DNA of 64,000 bases from Raja brachyura (lineage: Eukaryota). This document shows, in pieces, positions 50,115 to 63,152 of this stretch (the first letter of the stretch is position 1; each line of letters starts with the position of its first letter). The stretch covers positions 39,928,001-39,992,000 of the forward strand of contig OY740791.1 in the NCBI GenBank assembly GCA_963514005.1, written 5' to 3'. The notes under the pieces are model-generated. The model was not told the origin of the DNA and made no database searches. It saw nothing but the letters and a program-made list of their open reading frames with translations. The translations under genes and the position numbers were made by a program.

Positions 50115-51109
50115 TAGCAGAAAGTAGAATTGCATTAAGAATAATGTAATATAGTGACTACGAGGACAGAGGAGGTGTAAGGACTGCGTTTCTTGACTGT
50201 GGAGATAAAATTGCTACATTCTCTCTGCTGAGAGATCGACAAAATGAGTTTATTTGTTTGGAGATTAATGGGAGTGGGGTGTGGTCAGATGTTGAGTGAC
50301 TAGGATTTTGAATGGTTGTGATCTTAGTGGGGTGTGGTTAGAATTTGAGTGACGGTGAGTCTGACTAATCACGATCTGAATCACTATCCAATCACAGCGC
50401 TCAGGAACCTGATTGATGGGGGATTAGACCATCCTACTTTAACTTAAAAGGGGAGATAAGAATTATATAAATGTTAATTTTGAAACTTGAATCTGTGTAG
50501 AAAATTGCATAATTTCTTTGAAGTAAGAATGGAACGAATGTGATTTGTGTGTACAAACCGGTTTTGAATGAATGAGAAAGTTCATATATGTGATCTTTTG
50601 TTTGTTGTAGGCCACATGCTGTAAGGGTGTGTGTGTGTGTTCCTTTAAGAAATTGTAAGCAATGAGGAAGGTTACGAACAGCTGTAAGGTAACGAACAAC
50701 GCTTTGTATCATCGCAGCTTAAAAGGGGAAAGTTGGAAAATGAAGGTTGCTTGGTTTTGCTTATGTTTCTATAGATTTCTTTTCAGTAAAGTTAATTTGG
50801 AAAATTGTTACTAGTACCAGGGACTGGAAATTTCAAAATAGTGGTGAGAATGGATTGAAAAAAAAAATTAAGCAGTTTAGAGAGGAAAGGAGAGGCAGTG
50901 AGGAGGTAACAGAAGGAGGAAACGACAGGTGTGAACGTAATAAATCAGGAGGAGTCAGTGGAAGATTTTAAAAGAAAAGTGAATACATTTGCAAAGGAGG
51001 GTAAACTATCTAAGAAGTAAGAAATTGAGTTTAGAATGAGAAAAAAGGCATATCAGAAAGGATTAAAGTGGGAAACAAAGGGATAAATTGATGAGACTGC
51101 TTTAAAAAG

Positions 51110-52240
51110 ATAAGAGCAGCCACAGAACAGATGGTAGAAATGAAGTCACTAATACCTTTAAGGGGACAAGAGGAAAAGATACCTAACTTTAGTGAGAAAG
51201 AGCAGGAACACATGCGAGAAATGGGGGCTCAGCGTACTTCAAATGGGAAATGGTGGACACCGGATGGAAAGCAGCTATTGAACAAAGAAATAATGAGAGA
51301 ATTATTAGGGAGGTTGCATGGACAAAGCCATTGGGGAACACAAGCCCTCTGTGACACCCTCCTCAGAACCTACGCTTGCCGTGGAATGTATACAATGGCC
51401 GGACAAGTCATAGGGGGCTGTGTAATATGTCAGCGAATTAACAAAAGAATCATGAGAGCAGTTCCAGGAGGAGGACAACCATTAGTAGTTAGGCCCTTCC
51501 AGAGAATACAGATAAATTTCACCGAGCTGCCCCAGGTAAAAACCTGGAAGTACCTGTTAGTGATAGTGGACCATTTCACCAGGTGGGTAGAGGCATTCCC
51601 CACGGCAACTGCCACCTCACAGGCGGTAGCCAAGATATTACTAGAACAAATTATACCCAGATATGGGATTGTGGAAACAATAGACTCAGATAGAGGGACT
51701 CATTTTGCCTCCAAAACACATAAAATGATATGTGAAGCACTAGGAATAGAATGGAAATTGCATACACCATGGCATTCCCAGAGCTCAGGAAAGGTGGAAA
51801 GAATGAATAGCACCTTGAAGACCCAAATCACCAAGTTGATAGAGGAAACAAGACTCCCCTGGACTAAGTGCCTCCCGATAGCCCTGTTAAGAATCCGAAC
51901 GGCACCTCGAAAAGACATAGGGATATCACCATATGAGATGTTATTTGGGCTCCCATACTTAGGGAAGATTGAAGGAGTTCCAACAATGCGAGGGCAGTGA
52001 TGTATTCTTAAGGAACTATTTACTGGCAGTGTCCCAATCTCTTGCAGAACTAAAAATTAAAGGATTGCTGGCCCAGAGCCCACCACAGGACTTCCCAATT
52101 CACTCAGTCAAGGCTGGAGACTGCGTATAAATAAAAAACGTGGAAAGAAGAAAAGCTGCAACCTGGTGTTACTAATCACCGAGACAGCAGTACGAACAAG
52201 AGAGAAAAGATGGACACACGCAAGGGTCCTGTGGAGGCCC
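51110..52240 (+). pseudogene. pol: Retroviral integrase (pol 3' end), frameshifted after about 51995
   Basis: LHGQSHWG...CVICQ zinc finger; IQINFTELP (first catalytic D replaced by N), IDSDRGTHF, SSGKVERMN; C-terminal VLLITETAVRT. Confidence 0.93.
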
Positions 52241-52322
52241 CACCAGACAATATCAGCCCGTGGACTGTGCGCAAAGGAGAGGAATCATTGACTTTTATAT
52301 TTACCAGGAACACGCAGGAAAA

Positions 52323-54274
52323 ATGAAGATTTTATGTTGGTGGGTCGTGTGTTGGGAAATCACCCAACTTGTAAGTAATGTAACATGCATAAAAATCACA
52401 ATACCACAGAATAGAAGGTTCACCACCATTCCATTTGATGTATGTAAAGGAAAATGATGGTGCGGCTATAGAATGTATGTATGCACCCGTCCCTGTAAAG
52501 ATTGGCACGTGGTGTTCACTTCATCAAAATATGGGTGGCATCGGACCACCTATCAAACTGATAGGTGGAAAGTGTATCAAAACCCAAACGAGAAATTACC
52601 AGGACGCGTATATGTGAGCATACAGAGTGTTCAAATGCAGGAAAGTGGTAGATATTGGATATGTGCAGATAGAACATGGAAGGATGCATGTCTGAAGTTT
52701 GAGATAGAAGTGAAGCGGGATGGAGAGATGGTAAGATACGAGGAGAAGGGAGAGGTGGTCAAGATAGATGACAGTCAGAATAGGGATCCCGGGGCAACAC
52801 CAGCACCACCAGCAGTCAGCAATGTAAATAGGGAAAATGAGCCTAAGGATCTGAAGATAATGATAGTAGCAGGAGAAACAGGATTAAGGCAGTTATATGA
52901 GGGGGAAAAGGAGCCAACACCTGGCTAGCCTGGATGATGTACACAGCCAGAAGTATGCAACAAACCAATTGTTATGCCTGCGCCGGAGCCAGGCCTCAGC
53001 TGGTCCCAGTACCATTTCCCCTGAATTGGGATAGAACACCTGGGGCTATGTCATGTATACTACAGCTATTCACGAATCCCCTCTTACCAGAGAATGCAAT
53101 ATGCCAGAGTTATCATTACCTATTTCCGACCAGCAACAACAATACGAAGGGCCGAAGGGAAGACCCTAGACCTCCTCCATTGACCATTCCTCTTGGGGAG
53201 GAGGGATTTGAGTGCTATACAAGATATAACCCAGAGGGACAGGATATGGGGAAGGTGCTCAACTGCAATCAGACGTATAACATAACGGCTGAGGAACAGG
53301 GGCCACTGTTCAAAAGCTCCTGGCTGAGAAAGCAGATAATCAGTAGAGCTGATGTCTGGTGGTGGTGCGGGGAGAATACCCTGTGACCCCGGTTACCAGG
53401 GTCATGGACGGGAACCTGTACCCTCATACAACTGATGATGCCCTTTACCATAGCAGTAGAACATGCTGTAGAACTCAAGGAAGGAAACCAACGACAAAAG
53501 AGAAAGGTGAAGAGATCATTCGACACACACATCTATATAGATGCGATAGGTGTGCCAAGAGGGGTACCCGCTGAATTCAAAGCCAGAAACCAGATAGCTG
53601 CAGGCTTTGAGTCCATGCTCTTCTGGTGGTCCACAATTAATAAAAATGTGGACTTGATCAACTACTTATACTACAATCAACAACGCTTTATAAATTACAC
53701 TCGAGATGCAGTTGAAGGATTAGCGGAACAACTGACAGCTACCAGCCAAATGACCTGGCAAAATCGCATGGCCTTGGACATGCTACTGGCTGAGAAGGGA
53801 GGGGTATGTGTAATGTTTGGCGAACAATGTTGCACATTCATCCCCAACAACACTGCTCCGGATGGGTCAGTGTCAAGAGCCCTAGCAGGTCTCACCTCTC
53901 TGTCTATCGAATTGGCTGAGAACTCTGGAGTAGACACCTCTTGGACTGGGTTTCTAGAATCCTGGTTTGGGAAATGGAAGCACATCTTTACATCAACGCT
54001 AACATCAGTGGTAGTCATGGTGGGGTTACTGTGTTTGTTTGGATGCTGTATCATTCCCTGCGTACGGGGGTTGGCCCAGCGATTGATAGAAACAGCCCTG
54101 ACAAAGAACAGCGCTGCCACCATAATGGCTTTCAGAACACATTATGACCAACGAGAGGGGGACCAACGAGATGGAGGCGAAGAATTTGTTGATAGCATTA
54201 GAAAAGGAGGATGTAGTGTAAATCAAAAGTTGCGTGGCAAAAAGAAAATGATGGATTGTGAGAAAAGAGGTTAA
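52323..54274 (+). pseudogene. env: env (gamma-type, PABL/PRIMA4-like) with 2 nonsense codons (52455, 53384) and 1 frameshift (about 52900); TM subunit open
   Basis: Signal peptide MKILCWWVVC; CYAC (CXXC); furin RQKRKVKR; YIDAIGVPRGVP; ISD QNRMALDMLLAEKGGVC; CX6CC; TM helix. Splice acceptor tttatatttaccag at 52307 and candidate donor CCG|gtaaga at 49092. Confidence 0.93.
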
Positions 54275-54741
54275 CAGACATGGTTGATTTAAACTAGGAA
54301 TAGAAAAAATGTAGCTTAGAAAGAAATAAGGTTTCAACAAAGCCAGACTGTTAGTGGGATAGAAAGTCACGACAGATAGAGAGAACTTTGAGATAGAAAG
54401 TAACGACAGATAGAACAGAGCACAGAGAGAACTTTGAGATAAAAAGTAGCAGATAGAAACTTCAGTATAAGCCTTTGACATCAGGAGATGTTCCGAGGCG
54501 TTCCTGGACTTTCTCGTGGGAATGTGGGCTTTATGTTATAATTAAAAAGAGGCAAAATGGTGAGAAAAGAGGGTGTGGCTATAATGTAATGAAATGTATA
54601 AAGATAGAATACATCCCGACCCTCGGTGTGCCTCTAGGGGAGAGGAAAGGAGAGGCACCTATTCTGCAGAATATTATCTTAATAAAAGCTTCTTTGCTGA
54701 CTTTGTCTCAAACAGCATTTGTGATTTTTTTATATCTCACA
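54257..54741 (+). repeat. 3' LTR
   Basis: 485 bp, near-identical to 48380-48864. Confidence 0.97.
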
Positions 54742-55204
54742 CCCATCATAGTCTGGTTTGGCTCAGCCACCAAGCACGACACCTGGAGGCTGCAGCGAAT
54801 CGGCCGATCAGCGGAGGTTATTGGCTGTAACCTTCCCTCCATTGAGGAACTATGCACTGCAAGGGCCAGGAAGCGAGCGGGCAAGATCATCTCTGACCCC
54901 TCTCACCCTGGTCACAAACTCTTTGAATCACTTTCCTCTAGAAGACGACGCCGTACTGTCAAAGCTGCCAGCCAGACATAAAAACTGTTTTTATCCATGA
55001 ATAGTTACTCTACTCACCAGCCAAAAATCTGTAGCCTCCCTTTAATCTGGTATTTTGTTGGTTCACATGCTTGATTAATGCTTTATCATGAATGTTTAGT
55101 GTTTTCTGAGTCATTCGTAACCGTCACTGTATGTCATGTTGTTACTTGTGGGCGGAGCACCAAGGAAATTCCTTGTATGTGAATACTTGGCAAATAAATA
55201 ACTT

Positions 55205-55822
55205 TTCTCTGCGTGTGCGTGCTTCTTCGTGCGCATTTCTGTGTGTGTTTCTCTGCGTGTGTGCGCCCACGCGATCGTATCTACGCCAAAATGTACACAG
55301 TAGCGCTAAATTTCTTACGGAACCTTACTCAGCTTTTTCCCGTTGTCACCCATGTCAAGTTTCCTTCAGATTTGATGCTATATTTCACGTTATTGATATT
55401 TAACGGTTTATAAAAGCCAATTTTAAAATGATTTTTACTGTTAAATCCTTGCAGCCCCAGCTTACAACAAACTTCCATCCAACGCTGTCATCCAGGAACA
55501 CCCTGTACTTCCATCAAGTTTCCACCTGAACGGAATCTCACAGTCCACGGACATTTCCAACAATGTTGCCATCATCAAACTCCTGCTCCTGCCAACACAG
55601 GAGGGGGAGGGGCCAGTGGAAGTGGAATTGGCAGTGCTGGGGGAGGCAGGGGAAGTGTAATTGGATTTATTATTTTTTTTTTAAGTGCAGCGCTGGAGGA
55701 GGCATGGGAGTGGTGGAATCTTATGTTGGGGAATGGGTTGCGTTGGGTGACCAGGCCTCCCGTGGGGGTAATGGGTGAGTGGTGGAATATTGCGTTGGGG
55801 TCAGGCCTCCCGTCTGGTCTAG
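55205..55822 (+). mobile_element. Helitron-like non-autonomous element
   Basis: (GT)-rich start, ends in GGTCTAG|T; the subterminal hairpin is degenerate. Confidence 0.45.
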
Positions 55823-58800
55823 TAAACAATAAAATACACAGAAATTGATTTCTGCTTGTACATTGTGAATTTTCTCAGAAGGGAGCCCATTTGGAAAGGC
55901 AGCAGCTAGTGATGCAAAAGTAATATGGGAGTTGGATTCATGATGCTATTCAAAACTCACCAGCTGCCATCAATCGGAATATTCCACTTACCTGGATGAG
56001 TGCAGCTTCGCGAACACTTCGACAGCTCAGTAACATCCAGAACAAAGTAGTCTGTTTGATTAGTAACCTAGTTTTTATTCTCTCCACCACTAGCATGCTG
56101 TGGTAAATTTACAAAACGCACAAAACTGCACCTCCAATAATACTTCCTGAACCTATTACTTCTACCATCGAAGAGAACGAGAGCCTTAAAACTGTGGGAT
56201 CATCTTCAGTATGATCCCCTCAAAGTTGCACACCATTCTAACTTGGAAGAAAATTATTCCATTTTTTATTATTCTATTTTTTTATCTTTACCTTTTTGTC
56301 TTTTGTAAACTTTGAAAATATTCTACTCTGGATGAAACACGACAAAATTCACAGACTTACTCATGAAACCATCACAAGTACTGCAGGTACAAAATATCAC
56401 CTCTTTTGCTCTCTACACTTAATTCTCCAAGCTAACCAAGTCGCCAATCGTAGAACTTAGATAAAATTTCACCTTGCTCAACTACATTGTGATCACACAT
56501 TGGGAATGACAATACAATAATAGTAACAGTTCATAGTTCTAGTTCCACCATTTAAAAAGTAGTTCCGTGTTGAGCATTAAGGCTAGCTTTTTCCACATAC
56601 CATCAATTTACCAGGAAAAACTAAACCAAAATAAGATTGAACCACACGTCGTGGGCATTACATATTGAAGATATTAATATTGAAGAGGTCACCTTTACTC
56701 ATATCTTTGCACCAATTTTGCATTTCTCCAAGGTTAATACAATATTGAACATGATGTTTTCATTTATTTAATAAACATGTGTGTCATCAGGCTGTGAACT
56801 AAATGTGTCTTATTATTCAATATTGAACATTAAAAAAAAAAATTTGGAGCAACTCAGTGGGTCAGTATCTGTGAAGGGAAATTAACAGATAAGATATGGG
56901 GTAAGGACCATTCTTCAGACCTGAAAACATTGTCTGTATATTTCCCTCCACCAATGGTGCCAGATCCGCTGAATTCCACCTGCATCTTGTTTTCTTGGTC
57001 ACATTTCTTACCTTAAATTTAAATATTGTGCCAAATCTATTTTAATTGATGAAATAATTGCGATTTGAAGATATGGTGAAAATACGAAGCTGCGTGCGTT
57101 CTAGGTGTAACACTGCTCACTCTACAGCTGTAATCTCTACATACATAAAGTATCACCTTAATGGCAAATCATACGAGGACCATTTCTAAAATTGTGCATT
57201 ATGTTGTACTTGGTTGCAGATTTGGCCTTGATCGGACTTGATTCTTGATGAGTTATATTAAAAAGCTCAAAATATTATAGCATTTACATATCTACATAAT
57301 GCGTAGAAGTTTCAAAAGAGTCAAATAAGTATATTAAAACATTTCAATGGAGGCGAGGCACTGAAATCTTAAACCCTGGAACCATTTTAAGGCTGATGTG
57401 CTCAGGAAAAGGTATACCCAATAGTCAACGCAATCTTCGTAAACGCAAGTGAGAAATGCCATATATATTAAAAAAAACTAGAAAGGACTTCAGCTTCACT
57501 CATTACCAAACTCATTAAAAACTGAAACTTCTGTTTTCAATAACAGGGTGATAATTTCTTGTAGGTTTTCAGATTAAGTCTTGCAGTGATTAGGATCATT
57601 TGAATGCACAACTTTAACTTGAACAAAAACTTCAAACTTGATTCAAATTTCAATGGAAGACGTCATTTTCTAAAGATGCTGATTTACTTTCTTTTGGAAA
57701 AGATTCTCGGAAGAAAAAATTAATTAATTTCTAATTTCACCATCTAATTAGAAAAAAAAAATCCAGTTGCAATTACTTTCCACTCCATGCCAGAAAGATA
57801 AATCCTTGATTGTGAAAAACACAGGATTATGAGCTCTTCTAACCAATATCACTAATTGTATAGGAGAAAGTGCACTTTTGTTAACAGCTGTTATCAACTA
57901 CATATTTTTTTCAGCTGAAGGGTTTCATTTAGCAAAGTAGAAAAGAGATACCGGACTGGCATTAAATTGCGTCCAACCGGTTTCTCGGGCACATAAACAA
58001 TATAAGGGCATGTCGTGCAGAGAACTGTTTTGAGTTCTCACATTAACACTTTTTTAAAAATGGATCCAGGTCAAATATAATGCTTTCACCTGATTTCTTT
58101 TTCTGACTCTGAACAGACTAAGCACTAGGTATTTCTGTGCTGCTGGGATAGCTATCGTCATGGTTAAATGCAGTAATTAAAGGCAAACAGTTTCTGTGTT
58201 GGATTTCATAGACAGATGACGCTTGATGAATGTCACTTCTTGTCAAATCCCACCAATCCTTCTCATGTCTTTCTGGACCTACAAATGGATGCAGAACAAA
58301 TCTCTAAGAAAATAAGCACACATATCTTCATCAAGACATTGTATTTATCTTTCAAAAGAAAGACAATTCACAGTACATAATTTAAAAAAGGATATCAAAA
58401 AGGTCTCGGTCAGCATAATAGAAACCTACATTCTTTTCAGAATTAACAGTCAGAACATTGGCTTATACCACTGCGTTTTAGTTCAGACTGGCTGGTGCCA
58501 GAAAGTCGTATAAAACTAACAATTTTTGGTTTGAAATAGATAAAAATGCTCTTGTTACAATACAAAATAAAGATACATATAATGGAACAAAATCTATTTA
58601 AACAACCAATTGCAAGATTATAAATTGATAAGATTTCACATTTTGAAAACTACACGGGGTTACTTCAAACACGTATTTTAAACAAAGTAAAGCATACATT
58701 AAACTGTTTCAGTGGATGGGAATTGCTTCCCCAAACATTTCTGGGATCTGCTGCAGGCATGAAATGGAGCATAAAACACAAAATTAATTTATACCATAAG

Positions 58801-61545
58801 ATACCTTTCCCTACAACTGTTCAGAAACAATATTCTTATTTCAAATAAAAACATTTCTTCCAGAGGGCTCAGTCCAACATATAATATGAAAGATATCCCA
58901 ATCTAAATCTTGCTGAGAATTTGAGCGCTGTGGAGATGGTTATGAGATTCAGACAAAAATCATATTCATTGTAGCATCCATTACAAACAGAACATACTTC
59001 CTTCTTCCAAAAGGAAAACAAATTAAAGACAGCATAAACAGGACAAAAAAAAGGACACATGCCAAGAAGCTGGTTTTATAAACAAAACAAAAACAAGTAA
59101 AGCAAATACTATAATATAAAATGCCACTTCATGGGAATGGACTGCTGCTCTGTGACTCACATGTCTTCAAGTTGCAACAAGAATGATCTGTTTACAACAA
59201 TGAAAAGTAAAAGATGAAACAGGAATCATATACTACAATGCAAATTCAGCTACAGTCACTAATACACAACAGGAAAGTTTTCATTCAGTTTCCATCACAT
59301 TGGTGAGGACTTTATTTAATCTTCACATAAAATGAACTTTACAACAATTATAGCCAATTTACTTTACTAAGAGTTATTAATAAAAACACTTGAATATAAA
59401 GATTTGTTTGTCATTCTGTAATGTACAGATGTGCATTAGCACAATCTGCACCGACACCACTATACACAGGATATTTACAATGTGGTTCTAAACACATATA
59501 AAGTTTATCATAAATGATCAATTAGCATCCATGCTTGAAATTGACCATGATATGAAAGTGGGTCGGCCACTACAGGTTTATATATTGTCACCACTACACA
59601 CTCCAATATGGTGGCGCAGCAGGAAGTCTTTAACTTACAGTACAATATACTGCAAAATGCGGTTTACTCCATGACTATAGAAGATACCAACCAGCTGGTT
59701 ATCACCGTCAGTTCAGCAGTTAATACTTACTCGCCATGAAGATACCACATGGCCAAATCATTTTTTTTTCTTTCTCGCAATTATGATCTTATTCTTGGCT
59801 GGGATGTGGCAGCGATTTAAGGAATAGAAATTAATTATAAAAAGAAAAGGAGAAAGAAGCAATGTACTTGCAGCATTTTATTTACCAGAAATAACCAAGG
59901 AGATCAGATTTAGTATGCTCAATTGTTGATTGTACTTGGGCTGAATACAAATATTATTGGGCTTATGATCAAAGAGTCTGATCACTGTGTAGATAATTTG
60001 CTGTACAAGGTCAGCAAAGGAACACAATTGGTTGATCAAGCTCTACCACTCACATTATAACCAAAACATGAACTCTGATTTTTCATTTTAAAGAGTTTGC
60101 AGTTCCATATTTAATTTTCATTTCCAACCAAATCATAAGCAACACCAGATTTTCAGATCATTACTCTGCTACATCGGCATTCAAATTCTATGTTATAGAT
60201 AGTATTTGTCCAAAATTTGTGCTTCAACACTTAGAATATTGGTTTGGTGTCAAAACAACTTTAAAAAAGCTATTATTAAGATAGGGAACTGTGCACTTCT
60301 GAGATTGATGATGTAATTGAGAAGAGAGAAAGCACGATCAAAAATGCTGATGTAAGACTTCCATTACAGCACAGCACCTCCTGTAATGGGCAGATTGTCA
60401 CTACCTGGTAGTGTTTAAAATAAGCACCAATGCAGTTGCCTGCACACAATTAATTGCTGTGCTATTAGCCTCAAGTCATTTTTCTATATAGCATTGCTTG
60501 GGTTTTCATCTCATGCTGTCAAAAAATGTAGCTAGCTAATTTAAGAGCTACAAAAATCAGAGCATTTTTCAAAGCCGATTTTAAATGGTATAGGCAATTT
60601 CACCATTCCCTCTACACTGTTTCAACAGCTTCCAAATACACAGCTTATTTACATACCTATTAAGGAAAACAGGCTGCACTAACCTGGGTGTCAGTTTTGA
60701 AAGTAATCACCTCTATTTATTTTTCTGATTCTATAAATGTACGTTCAAAGGTCTCAGAATTAGAACTGGGAAGAGAAATGGACAATCAAAAGGCACATGA
60801 TCTACCTTCCCAGTTAACAAAACACACTATAGCATTGTTACATTTCATATGTAGTCTTTGCTCTATCACTGAATTGTGTTCCCAGAGATGACTATTGACA
60901 ATATTCACCTTTACTCCAGTTCTCATGAGACATTCTGAGGACAGCAATTACTATACACATCTTGCCAAAGGGGCTAATTAAAGCTACACCCAATTGGTGC
61001 AAAATCTAAGATGTTAAATATTATTTGATGTTTATGCTGACAGATTTTATTTAGATTTAAGATCAAGATGTTCTCCTAAAAATCAGTTCCATTTGCAGAT
61101 CACTGCACAAGAGACAATCCTCAAGTAGCATGAAATGTGACTGCCCTGCCTTACTATTACTTTAACGACCAAACAACTATCCTATTCCACATTTTATCCG
61201 ACTTGGCTGCCCAAAAAACATTTTGCAAACTTTGGAACTTTACAATTCCCATATTGATTTCTACTGGAAATCCCATTTGCTTCACTGGTGTCAACACTTA
61301 TCGACAAAATTTCTCACAATGACCATAAAGCACAAGAAACAAACCCAAGAAACAATTAAGCCACCCACTTAGAGACGTGCACTTCTTCTGGCTAAGGCAC
61401 TGGTTGTGGATGACATCACAGCAAGTTGTTCATACATCACAGCAAATTAGCTTAAGCTGTGAGAGCAGGCTGATATCCATCGCAGCAAGGAATGATAACC
61501 GCAGGGCATTTCCAGTTTCTGTTAGGCAAGAGCTGGGCGCCCTCT

Positions 61546-61665
<120 letters not shown>

Positions 61666-63070
61666 TCAGAGCAAAATGAAAGGAAATAATAATAATTGTT
61701 ATTCCTGTTTTGCTATACGAATTAAATACCCACACAAAAAAAATAACTCACCTGCTGTATTCTACAAAACAAAATGCTATTGGTTGCAAATGAAATAAAA
61801 AGTAGAGTTTGGGTGTTTGCAGCAAAAATAACTACAAAAGAAAACATCAATTATGAAGATGAGTAACAAAATACTAACATGGTATTTAGGATGTATACAA
61901 TGGTGATCATTCTTAATTTCTATTTATGTCTGAAATGTTTATGCTTTTATCTACTTAGAAATGCTAATAAAGATGTTTGATAATGTTTGATCTGGCCCAT
62001 GATTCGGGTCAGCACAAATACTATTCTCTTATCCAAACCATCCGAAAGGTCTCGTGGCTACAGCCAGACCAGAGCAGTGCATTCAGCCAGGAGCAACCAG
62101 GCATCAAATTGCAATCCTGTCACCCTGATCTCAGATCACCCTTGATGGTCTTTATAATTGTATTCAATATGTCTCTGCTTAATTTTTTTTAATGAACATG
62201 TTACACACATTTATTTAAAAATACACTTACCTCACACAATTTAAAACTATTTAAGTAAACCACTTACTATTTTCTTCCAGGTAAGCAACTCTATTCAAAT
62301 TAATAGAATCACATTAGACAAGCAACATGAAGCAGAGAGGCCTGATACTGCACAACTGACCACTCAGCTCGAGGCCATCTGGAGCAGCCCTTGGACTTGG
62401 TGGCGGTTTTGGGTGCAATGCACTGATAGCTGGCTTTGATGCGACATAATGCTATTATGTCGCATCAAAGGCAGATCATGTTGATGCTAATACCCAGTTA
62501 TCCAACAGTTCTATGTACAACTTCTGGCTAGCCATCAGCTCAATCTTGCCTGCTAGGATTGATGAACAATGCAAGTGAGTGACCCTGGGACCAGGGCATA
62601 CAAGAGCTGAAAGGCAAGGGCAAGGAAGAGCAAAACTAATAAGGGAGAGAATCTACTGGTAAATAATAGCAGCAATGAGACTGTGGGTAAAATTGATGAG
62701 ATCTATCTAGGGAAGAAAACACCAGAAAATTAAAAGTAAACAAAAAATGGATTTAAAAATGCAAGATAGCAAGTGACAATCGGGTATAAACACAGAAATG
62801 CAAGGCTTGAACACAAGAGGGAGCACTCAAAGCATAAACAAGAGATTGAGCAGAGGAACAAATAGTGTCCGCATGGGAGAAAGCGGGAGTATGAAAAGAG
62901 ACGAACATGGAAAGGCAGTCTCCAAAGTCATTTTATTGTTAGTTGTCTATGTCATTGTTGACAGAAAATAAGGAAAAGTCAGTATAACTAAAAATTCTGC
63001 TAATATGAATTGTCTCCTTTTCACGTTGAAGACGACTGCCTCATGGCAATTAGGTTCTCTTTTTACTTGC

Positions 63071-63152
63071 CTCTTAAAATGTTCCACCTCACGGTCTGTT
63101 TCATCCATCTCCACATTGTCTAAGTCAATGTCTTTGGGAAGAAATACATCAT
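63071..63152 (-). CDS. FAM193B: FAM193B penultimate coding exon: (D)DVFLPKDIDLDNVEMDETDREVEHFK(R)
   Basis: Acceptor ttttcatttctcag and donor AG|gcaagt; joins the next exon in frame. Confidence 0.87.

Larger units (their letters stand above)
48380..54741 (+). mobile_element. Class I (ERV1) endogenous retrovirus, defective provirus of 6362 bp
   Basis: Two 485-bp TG...CA LTRs; 5-bp TSD CCCAT (48375-48379 / 54742-54746); PBS; gag, IN and env remnants. No recognisable CA/NC/PR/RT. Confidence 0.97.
48280..55200 (+). mobile_element. Rex1/Babar fragment (48280-48379 plus 54742-55200) hosting the provirus
   Basis: QLRKRNLPQVMMVQFYTAIVESVLTFP|IIVWFGSATKHDTWRLQR is continuous across the provirus. Confidence 0.85.

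Noticed and set aside
50180-50232. TAFLDCGDKIATFSLL as a retroviral protease remnant
   Set aside because: No DTG/DSG motif or flap region; too weak to call.
52440-52715. Apparent Ig V-set domain in env SU (IECMY ... VYVSIQSVQMQESGRYWIC)
   Set aside because: The would-be B-strand Cys is in a different frame. The in-frame text FDVC..CG..YVC..PC..W and YWICADRTWKDA fits ordinary gamma-type SU motifs, and the DxGxYxC spacing is off by one.
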